Below are positions 20,162-26,292 of a stretch of 40,548 nt of DNA, piece after piece (positions within the stretch are counted from its first letter, which is position 1; every line of letters starts with the position of its first letter). The DNA lies in assembly GCA_031401615.1 (NCBI GenBank), contig JANNRS010000011.1:1-40548 (forward strand). Direction: 5' to 3'. Under the pieces are notes generated by a model. That model did not search any database and had not been told where the DNA came from. It was given only the letters and a program-made list of their open reading frames with translations. The stretch is from Minisyncoccota bacterium. GTDB lineage: Bacteria > Patescibacteriota > Minisyncoccia > Phycocordibacterales > UBA9973. A program made the position numbers and the translations under genes.

Positions 20162-20338
20162 ATGTCACAAGAATATATATTAAGTATCGTTCTAGTTATC
20201 GGTGGAATATTAAAAGCCTTTGGAATTGAAATAGAAAACTCTGCTCTTGAAGGTATAATTGGTGGAGGTATAGCCCTCTATGTAGCATTTAGACGACATC
20301 AAAAAGGCGACATCAATATTCTCGGAGCCAAAGTTTAA
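20162..20338 (+). CDS. Putative two-TM holin
   Basis: Two hydrophobic helices and a basic tail; adjacent to the CHAP gene. Confidence 0.55.
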   Translation: MSQEYILSIVLVIGGILKAFGIEIENSALEGIIGGGIALYVAFRRHQKGDINILGAKV

Positions 20339-20372
20339 ATACCTATCTGACTGATTATAAATAATTTACTTT

Positions 20373-20861
20373 ATGTATGATTATGCACTCAATTTACTCC
20401 TAACCATAGTTGTCCTTGCTCAAACCATAACACCCGTTTATACACCTCCTGTTGTAATAGACCAACAGATAGCACTCCCCCCTATTCAAACGCCTGTAAT
20501 CGCACCACAGCAAGCCACAGAGCCTGTGGCGGTTGAAGTAGAACCTGTTACCGAGCCTATAAAGAAAGAATGTAGCTGTGTTATGTACATACGATCTAAA
20601 GGTATTCCTATGCCTCGCTTAATTGACGCTAAAAACTTTGACATCACTTTAAACTCTCCCCCTTTCAAAGGAGGATTAGTAAAAATGAAATATGGCGAAG
20701 TGTATCACCTAGCCTATGTTGAAAGTATCAGTGCTGACGGCATAAACATCTCCGAGCAAAACTATTCTAAAGACCCAACCTGTCCAGTAACCTATCGCAA
20801 ACTAGACTTTAGCGATCCTACAATTTTAGGTTTTGCAAGGAGTGGGTATCCGATGGAATAA
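20373..20861 (+). CDS. CHAP-domain protein with N-terminal hydrophobic anchor
   Basis: CSCVMYIR..HLAYVE..ISEQNY; Pro-rich linker. Confidence 0.8.
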   Translation: MYDYALNLLLTIVVLAQTITPVYTPPVVIDQQIALPPIQTPVIAPQQATEPVAVEVEPVTEPIKKECSCVMYIRSKGIPMPRLIDAKNFDITLNSPPFKGGLVKMKYGEVYHLAYVESISADGINISEQNYSKDPTCPVTYRKLDFSDPTILGFARSGYPME

Positions 20862-20943
20862 TCCGCCCGAAATTTAAACTCGTCATTTAAAAAGTAGGGC
20901 GATAACATTATTAGCAAAACGCTAATAAATAAAACTAGCAAGG

Positions 20944-20974
20944 ACTTCTCTCTAAATGGGAGAAGTTTTTGTTT
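20944..20974 (+). terminator. Intrinsic terminator ending the late/lysis region
   Basis: ACTTCTCTC-TAAAT-GGGAGAAGT followed by TTTTGTTT. Confidence 0.65.
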
Positions 20975-21013
20975 GCTTGACAATCTAGTTGCTTATTTTT
21001 TCTAAGTTGTATG

Positions 21014-21022
21014 TGGTATAAT
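21014..21022 (+). promoter_or_regulatory. Extended -10 promoter
   Basis: TGGTATAAT. Confidence 0.6.
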
Positions 21023-21048
21023 TAAGTACAGATTTTGTTAGGAGGTTT

Positions 21049-21186
21049 ATGACTCTCCCGCGTTTAAACTGTCAGTGTCAGTGTGGACAGGTAGTGCAAC
21101 CGTACATCCTTGCTCTCACACAACTCCGTCAACTTTTACTGTCGGGTCAAGGAGCCTCAACAACTCCGTTTCTCATTTCCACGTAG
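21049..21186 (+). CDS. Possible 45-aa peptide with a strong SD
   Basis: AGGAGGTTT-ATG; MTLPRLNCQCQCGQVVQPYILALTQLRQLLLSGQGASTTPFLIST*. Confidence 0.4.
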   Translation: MTLPRLNCQCQCGQVVQPYILALTQLRQLLLSGQGASTTPFLIST

Positions 21187-21223
21187 TATCAACTAAGAAA
21201 AGGGGTGATCATTTATCTAGCAG

Positions 21224-21256
21224 AAGGAGTTTGCTCGTCAGACTCCTTTTTGTTTA
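21224..21256 (+). terminator. Intrinsic terminator
   Basis: AAGGAGTTTG-CTCGT-CAGACTCCTT followed by TTTGTTT. Confidence 0.75.
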
Positions 21257-21341
21257 TCCCTTTCGGCACTTTACAAACAAGTAAAAGTTTTCCCCAGTTT
21301 TTATTCCTCTCATCAACATTTTAATTTTATAATTAGTTGGT

Positions 21342-21527
21342 ATGAATTATTATTGTTCTCGTTCAACTAAATGTAGAATTTGTGATTTTTGTGATTTGAT
21401 TACTCCACAAGATAGGTTATGTTTTAGATGTGGAAAGTACACAATGATAAAAAAGGGGAATGTACATAATAGATTATTAACAATACGAAAGTTTTACGCC
21501 AACATTTTATTATATGATATAGTTTAA
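21342..21527 (+). CDS. Small Cys-rich putative zinc-binding protein
   Basis: CRIC, CDFC and CFRC motifs. Confidence 0.4.
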   Translation: MNYYCSRSTKCRICDFCDLITPQDRLCFRCGKYTMIKKGNVHNRLLTIRKFYANILLYDIV

Positions 21528-21682
21528 CAAAAGAGAATCTGATTTCTTTTTTGAATACGCTCACAAGAGCATAGCTCCCCCTAAGACGTGGAGTGAGGAG
21601 ATAGCGAAGCGGACGATTGGTTTAATTGCTGATTGTCTCGCCATCGCTATTTTTCTTTGGTAAATATGTTATACTTTATCGT

Positions 21683-21844
21683 ATGGTTTTAGATCTTAGA
21701 GCATACGCTAAAAAGTACAGAGAAACTCATAAAGAGTATTACAGATCATATAAAAAAGAATATTATAAAAATCATAAAGATTATTTTATAAATTACAGAT
21801 ACACTTGCTATAATCTATTCATAAGAAGTCTCGCCAACTCTTAA
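21683..21844 (+). CDS. Small basic Tyr/Lys-rich protein
   Basis: YAKKYRETHKEYY..YKKEYYKNHK; TGTTATACT 7 nt upstream of the ATG. Confidence 0.45.
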   Translation: MVLDLRAYAKKYRETHKEYYRSYKKEYYKNHKDYFINYRYTCYNLFIRSLANS

Positions 21845-21887
21845 TTTCCACTAAGGGAAAGAGAAACCGCAAGGTTATCACGGCGTA

Positions 21888-22049
21888 ATGGCAAACCATA
21901 AGAAAAAACAACACAAAATACGAGGCAAAGAGATTTTTGAATATGTCTGGGGATTTAAAAAGAGTTTTATAAAAGATTACAGTGACAAAGAAATTTTTAA
22001 AAAAGAAATACACCGAAAAGGAATTGAGAGGTTTTATCAAGATGGCTGA
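21888..22049 (+). CDS. Hypothetical protein, 53 aa
   Basis: Hand-translated MANHKKKQHKIRGKEIFEYVWG..; short, no motif. Confidence 0.3.
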   Translation: MANHKKKQHKIRGKEIFEYVWGFKKSFIKDYSDKEIFKKEIHRKGIERFYQDG

Positions 22050-22125
22050 AGTAGCGTTGCGAGAATGGAATGACTTTTTATTTGAATGTCAGATTAAATT
22101 AAACGATTTAAAGTTTAAAAAATAG

Positions 22126-22248
22126 GTTTATTCACTCATAACCCCGTCAGTCTAATCATTTAGTTCAAAAGTAGAAGACTTAATTCGTTAGGTAAATGAG
22201 CGGTGCAAATTCCACTCAATGATTAGACGGGGTTATGAGTGCATAAAC
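22126..22248 (+). ncRNA. tRNA-like structured RNA A (no anticodon loop, no CCA)
   Basis: Long outer stem; AATCATT/AATGATT acceptor-like stem, D-like arm, TTCG hairpin, T-like arm with TGCAAAT loop. Confidence 0.7.
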
Positions 22249-22274
22249 AAAACCACTCCCGCAAAGGAGTGGCT
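22246..22274 (-). terminator. Terminator-like hairpin with U-tract on the minus strand
   Basis: CCACTCC-CGCAAA-GGAGTGG preceded by AAACAAAA. Confidence 0.5.
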
Positions 22275-22330
22275 AAAATTTTATATATTATCGGGTCAAG
22301 AGGTGTAATAAAAACATTGACCCTACCGCC

Positions 22331-22346
22331 AGCCATACGGCTTTTT
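22331..22346 (+). terminator. Short terminator-like hairpin
   Basis: AGCC-ATAC-GGCT followed by a T-run. Confidence 0.35.
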
Positions 22347-22410
22347 GGTTATAAGACTTTATACTAACATACTTTGACCTTTTGGGTAAAGCCAACTAAA
22401 TGGTGGTGAG

Positions 22411-22419
22411 TTATCCACA
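22411..22419 (+). promoter_or_regulatory. Consensus DnaA box
   Basis: TTATCCACA upstream of the initiator promoter. Confidence 0.55.
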
Positions 22420-22437
22420 CTTATTACAAAAATACTA

Positions 22438-22465
22438 TTGATTGTATTTTTTTTGAGAGTATAAT
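22438..22465 (+). promoter_or_regulatory. Promoter of the replication operon
   Basis: TTGATT-16 nt-TATAAT. Confidence 0.55.
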
Positions 22466-22573
22466 GTATTTGTTGAGCAATCAACCAACGAACCTTTAAG
22501 CCCATTTTTAGTACCCAATCACAGGGCTAGCAGGTCGCAAGATTTGCTGGTTCGTTGATTGGGTTTTAATTTT

Positions 22574-23023
22574 ATGTCAAAACAAAGAGTAATTAAAGAT
22601 GAAATGTGGGATGATGAGTGGTTTTATGATTTAGATCCATCTGAAAAGTTGTTGTGGGTTTTTTTGTTGACTAACCCTAGAAGTAACATTGCAGGTATTT
22701 ATAAAATAAATAGTCGTTGGGTATCTCAAACAACGGGTTTTGAAAAAGATGTTGTAAAAAACATTATGGGTCGTTTCAAAAAAGATAAGAAGATTTTATA
22801 TGAAAATGATTGGATTGCTATTATAAACTTCCATAAACATCTCCCATATAGAAATGAAAATATCGCTAAAGGCATCAAAAGGCTTTATGAAGAAATGAAA
22901 GACTATACAAAGGCTTTGAAAGGCTTTGAAAGCGTTTGGGTTACTCTACTTAACTCTACTCTACTCTACTTATCAGATAGCGAGTCTAAAGACTCGCAGA
23001 GTGTGATTAAAAAAAAACTATGA
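22574..23023 (+). CDS. Replication initiator, N-terminal part
   Basis: QRVIKDEMWDDEWFYDL..KLLWVFLLTN..IAGIY pattern; internal iteron-like repeats; upstream of the helicase. Confidence 0.75.
   Translation: MSKQRVIKDEMWDDEWFYDLDPSEKLLWVFLLTNPRSNIAGIYKINSRWVSQTTGFEKDVVKNIMGRFKKDKKILYENDWIAIINFHKHLPYRNENIAKGIKRLYEEMKDYTKALKGFESVWVTLLNSTLLYLSDSESKDSQSVIKKKL
22868..22997. repeat. Putative origin: iteron-like repeats, CTCTA tract and palindrome
   Basis: AAAGGCTTT-like units at 22868, 22878, 22898, 22909, 22919 and 22929; CTCTA repeats 22944-22968; GCGAGTCT-AA-AGACTCGC. Confidence 0.55.
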
Positions 23024-23352
23024 AAAGATACAACGAAGATCAATCCTATGAGGAGCCTAGTATAGACCTTGATACCGGCGAGCGAGTAGAAGTAAAACCC
23101 CAAACTAAGAAGTACCCCAATTCTAAGGTAGTCTTTAGTCTCTTTGGTAAATACCCCGCTAATTGGAAAATAAATAAAACTCAACTCCAGTCTGCCGAAA
23201 ACCTATTTTTAGAGAGGGGGGTAGAACAGATAATTAAAGCTCTTAATTTTATTAAAGAGAATAAAGAGGATAAGTTTTGCCCCATTATAAATTCACCCTA
23301 TGATTTAGACTCTAAATGGGCAAAAATGATAGGATTTAAAAAACGACAATGA
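23020..23352 (+). CDS. Probable initiator C-terminal-like/replication protein
   Basis: IIKALNFIKE..DKFCPIINSPYDLDSKW resembles initiator C-termini; lies between initiator and helicase. Confidence 0.55.
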   Translation: MKRYNEDQSYEEPSIDLDTGERVEVKPQTKKYPNSKVVFSLFGKYPANWKINKTQLQSAENLFLERGVEQIIKALNFIKENKEDKFCPIINSPYDLDSKWAKMIGFKKRQ

Positions 23353-24299
23353 AAATAGAAGACTTAATAAAATCATTAGAAAAAGAGCAGACTAGAGCAA
23401 CTGGCGATCTTCATAGTTTGGCTGGTATGGTGAGGTTGAAAAGTATTGCTCAAGAATACAATGGGGAGTATAAACTTATTTGGTCAGATAAATTGCTAGA
23501 AGAAATTAAACAAAGACCAAAGAAAATTCTCTATAAGACTGGGGTTCCTTTATTGGATGATTTGATTGGAGGTTTTAAAGAGCAACAACTTATAACTTTA
23601 TCTGGGGCGACTAAGCACGGTAAAACTCAATTTGGGCTTTTCTTAATGGAAAAACTTACTGAACTTAATCCCCTAATGATACCACTAGAACAATCTAACG
23701 AAGAAATTATTGAACAGAGATTTGATAATGGATATTCTATCCCCAAATTCCTTTCTCCTGAAAAATTGGCAGCTCGGGTAACAGTGGACTGGATTGAAGA
23801 AAGAATTGTTGAGGGGATAGCAAAATATAATACTAAGCTGATCTTGATAGATCATTTGGGTTATATAAATGATTTTGGAGAGGATGGTCAATTTAAGAGA
23901 GAAAATCTAGCTTATCGGATTGGTCAAATAATGAAAGGGTTAAAAAATCTAGCTAAGAAATGGGGAGTAGTTATAATTCTTTTAGTCCATATATCTCAAA
24001 AAGATGAGTCGCATCCACCAACAATGGAGGATATAAAAAATTCATCCGATATTGCTCAAGAGTCTGATCTAGTCATTATGTTATGGAGAAAAAATGAGCA
24101 GAAAAATAAAGTGAGAATATATCAAAACGAAACTCTAGTATCGGTAATGGCAAATAGGCGGACAGGTAGAAATGGGAATGTTGGTTTAAAGTTTAATACT
24201 AAAACTGGCCAATACGAAGAAGAGAATGGTTGGGTAAAAGCGATGGAAGACTCTGCTAGGAATGACATTGAGGCTGATGATAATCTTGCGCTGATATGA
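23349..24299 (+). CDS. DnaB-like (SF4) helicase, short form
   Basis: TGVPLLDDLIGG, Walker A GATKHGKT, ILIDHL, SSDIAQESDLVIML, NRRTGRNG. Confidence 0.9.
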   Translation: MKIEDLIKSLEKEQTRATGDLHSLAGMVRLKSIAQEYNGEYKLIWSDKLLEEIKQRPKKILYKTGVPLLDDLIGGFKEQQLITLSGATKHGKTQFGLFLMEKLTELNPLMIPLEQSNEEIIEQRFDNGYSIPKFLSPEKLAARVTVDWIEERIVEGIAKYNTKLILIDHLGYINDFGEDGQFKRENLAYRIGQIMKGLKNLAKKWGVVIILLVHISQKDESHPPTMEDIKNSSDIAQESDLVIMLWRKNEQKNKVRIYQNETLVSVMANRRTGRNGNVGLKFNTKTGQYEEENGWVKAMEDSARNDIEADDNLALI

Positions 24300-24484
24300 A
24301 AAATCTATATGAGAAATTTTTTTATACAAATTGGTACTTAGAGGATTTAGAGTGGTTTAAAAATGACTTGATATTTTTTAGTCATTTGAAAAAACCCGAA
24401 GTAAAGGAAATGTACAAAAGGCATATTGAATGGGAGTTAGCACAATTAAAAACTTTAAAAGATAAATTAAAAAGCTATGACTGA
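24296..24484 (+). CDS. Hypothetical protein
   Basis: ATGA overlap with the helicase gene. Confidence 0.6.
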   Translation: MKNLYEKFFYTNWYLEDLEWFKNDLIFFSHLKKPEVKEMYKRHIEWELAQLKTLKDKLKSYD

Positions 24485-24632
24485 GCAACAAGTCCTAGAA
24501 GAAATAATTGAGTGGGTAGGTAGAAGAATAAAAGAACTCCCAAATGGAGAGTCAATTTATTATAAGGAAATGCGAGAGAGTTTGAGATGGGAGTTGAAGA
24601 CGGTTAAGGAGAGATTAGAGGGTAAAAGGTAG
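24477..24632 (+). CDS. Hypothetical protein, 51 aa (not in track)
   Basis: MTEQQVLEEIIEWVGRR..; overlaps the upstream stop. Confidence 0.55.
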   Translation: MTEQQVLEEIIEWVGRRIKELPNGESIYYKEMRESLRWELKTVKERLEGKR

Positions 24633-24663
24633 TTTTAATCATTAAAGAAGTAATTAAACAAAT

Positions 24664-24843
24664 ATGAAGGAAGACTATTTTGAAAAATGTTTGCATTGTT
24701 ATACAAAATGGAACGCTTGTAAGTGTGAACGATGCCACCATTGTGGTAAATCTATAAGTAAAAAAACTGTTGGTTATCCATTCTGTTCTATGTTTTGTTC
24801 TGAAGGTAATCGTTTAGGAGTAGTTAATCCAAACATAATATGA
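24664..24843 (+). CDS. Cys-rich zinc-finger-like protein, 59 aa (not in track)
   Basis: CLHC..CKCERCHHC..FCSMFC. Confidence 0.55.
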   Translation: MKEDYFEKCLHCYTKWNACKCERCHHCGKSISKKTVGYPFCSMFCSEGNRLGVVNPNII

Positions 24844-24871
24844 AAGCTTTATTAAAATTAAGTTATAAGAA

Positions 24872-25114
24872 ATGAAGAAGAAATTAACAAATATAGAAAA
24901 AGCTTATCCTGAAGCATATAGGTTAGCTCGTAGATTTCACGAGTTTTATGAACAGTCCGCACCTTTCTTTGGATATAAAACAAATAAAGAAACAAAAGAG
25001 TTTGACCCAGAAAGTGCAAATGGTCGTTTAATGGCTTGGGTGTGTTTTGAAATTGTAAAAGAAGAGATTGATAGATACAAAGACGCTTTTTATAAGAACA
25101 GTGGTAAAAAGTAA
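24872..25114 (+). CDS. Hypothetical phage protein
   Basis: 80 aa; LARRFHEFYEQSAPFFGYKT. Confidence 0.65.
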   Translation: MKKKLTNIEKAYPEAYRLARRFHEFYEQSAPFFGYKTNKETKEFDPESANGRLMAWVCFEIVKEEIDRYKDAFYKNSGKK

Positions 25115-25213
25115 AATGAAAATAAAAATCAATCCAAAGGTAAAAATTCACTGTCCCCTCCACAACTTACAAATCAGTAATCCTAACGCTGGCTATGCCG
25201 TAGCTTGTATAAA

Positions 25214-25408
25214 ATGTTATCCAGAGAAATGAAGAAACGAAATCCAAGATTTCCTGATTATACACTCGTAACCACCAAAGAAAGTGGAATAATAACTTTT
25301 GGTACGAATGTATGGATTAGAAAAGATAAGCTAGCTTTGATTATTGTTTTTCCTACAGGACAAGAATTACATTTTAGACCAGTGGAACTTGACAAAAGTG
25401 AAAAGTAA
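25214..25408 (+). CDS. Hypothetical protein
   Basis: ORF track; first in-frame ATG used. Confidence 0.5.
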   Translation: MLSREMKKRNPRFPDYTLVTTKESGIITFGTNVWIRKDKLALIIVFPTGQELHFRPVELDKSEK

Positions 25409-25437
25409 TCCCAAATCCGTTATCAACAGTTTTGATA

Positions 25438-25466
25438 TTGCTTTTATAATTGATAGGTGATAAGGT
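25438..25466 (+). promoter_or_regulatory. Putative promoter of RNA B and the recombination operon
   Basis: TTGCTT-17 nt-TAAGGT with extended TG; DnaA-box-like TTATCAACA at 25420. Confidence 0.4.
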
Positions 25467-25480
25467 ATAGGAGGTCGAGA

Positions 25481-25687
25481 GGAAGTTCTTTGAATTGAGA
25501 GATGGCGGAATATGTAGACGCTAGAGGGGTTAGAGTCTGTGCCCCCTTAATCGAGGAGTTAAAACTATATTTGTTCTGAAGGTAGTTAAATTGATCTTTA
25601 CGCCTTCAAGACTTCTCCAGCCGAAATGCTGGCTCACAGCACCTATGTAAAGTGAAAATCTTTACTCTCTCAACTCAGAGAATTTCC
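25481..25687 (+). ncRNA. tRNA-like structured RNA B with a 125-nt insert in place of the anticodon/variable arms
   Basis: 22-bp outer stem ending TGAGAGA/TCTCTCA; Leu-type D-arm; T-like arm GTAAAG-TGAAAAT-CTTTAC; no CCA. Confidence 0.75.
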
Positions 25688-25709
25688 ATTTAAAAGTAAC
25701 ATCAGAAAT

Positions 25710-25871
25710 ATGGAAAATAAAAAAGCATACTTAGAATTTAGAGGTTTAGAATTTGAAGTTGAAATACTTGGTCATAAGAAAGGGTATGGGAAACAGAGAT
25801 TTCTAATCTCTCCAGTCGCAGGGAATGGACAAGTTTGGATGAATGAAGAAACTTTAATCAAAATAAAATGA
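25710..25871 (+). CDS. Hypothetical protein, 53 aa (not in track)
   Basis: MENKKAYLEFRGLEFEVEILGHKKGYGKQRFLISPVAGNGQVWM.. Confidence 0.6.
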   Translation: MENKKAYLEFRGLEFEVEILGHKKGYGKQRFLISPVAGNGQVWMNEETLIKIK

Positions 25872-25975
25872 ATAACTACATCGGAAGATTTAGATTAGCT
25901 CGTGAAGAGCAATTAAGAATAAAGGTAGGTCTTTGGATTATTTTAGCAATGTTAATAATAACAACAATCAAATAA
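25868..25975 (+). CDS. 35-aa membrane peptide (not in track)
   Basis: ATGA overlap; VGLWIILAMLIITTI. Confidence 0.45.
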   Translation: MNNYIGRFRLAREEQLRIKVGLWIILAMLIITTIK

Positions 25976-25976
25976 A

Positions 25977-26270
25977 ATGGAAAATAAATATAACACAGTA
26001 GCAGGATTAAATTCCGCCCCAAGAGTAATGTCATCTACAGAGAGTGAATTACAAGGACTTCAAGGTGCAACAGAACAATTATCAGATACAGTCAATGCTC
26101 TTTATGCCAGATTAACTTCTGCATTAAGACAACCAAACCCAGAAACAGGTAGGGATGGAAAAGACCAAGTGGAATTGGCTCCATTGCCTCAAAGTATCAG
26201 AGTGCAAAAAGAGGGTGTGTTGAGAAATGTTTATGCAATTAGAGATTTATTAGATAGATTGGAACTATGA
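25977..26270 (+). CDS. Hypothetical helical protein
   Basis: 97-aa ORF in the operon. Confidence 0.65.
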   Translation: MENKYNTVAGLNSAPRVMSSTESELQGLQGATEQLSDTVNALYARLTSALRQPNPETGRDGKDQVELAPLPQSIRVQKEGVLRNVYAIRDLLDRLEL

Positions 26271-26292
26271 TTATTAGTGCTAACACGATTAT

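Noticed and set aside
21075-21284. 69-aa GTG ORF
   Set aside because: Runs through a strong terminator; the SD-led frame at 21049 is more plausible
22154-22224. Functional tRNA
   Set aside because: 4-nt loop at the anticodon position, non-canonical T-loop, no CCA
25496-25672. tRNA-Leu with a group I intron, or tmRNA
   Set aside because: The 125-nt insert is too short, no restorable anticodon arm or tag ORF was seen, the T-loop lacks TTC, and there is no Ala-type acceptor/CCA; not excluded by a model search
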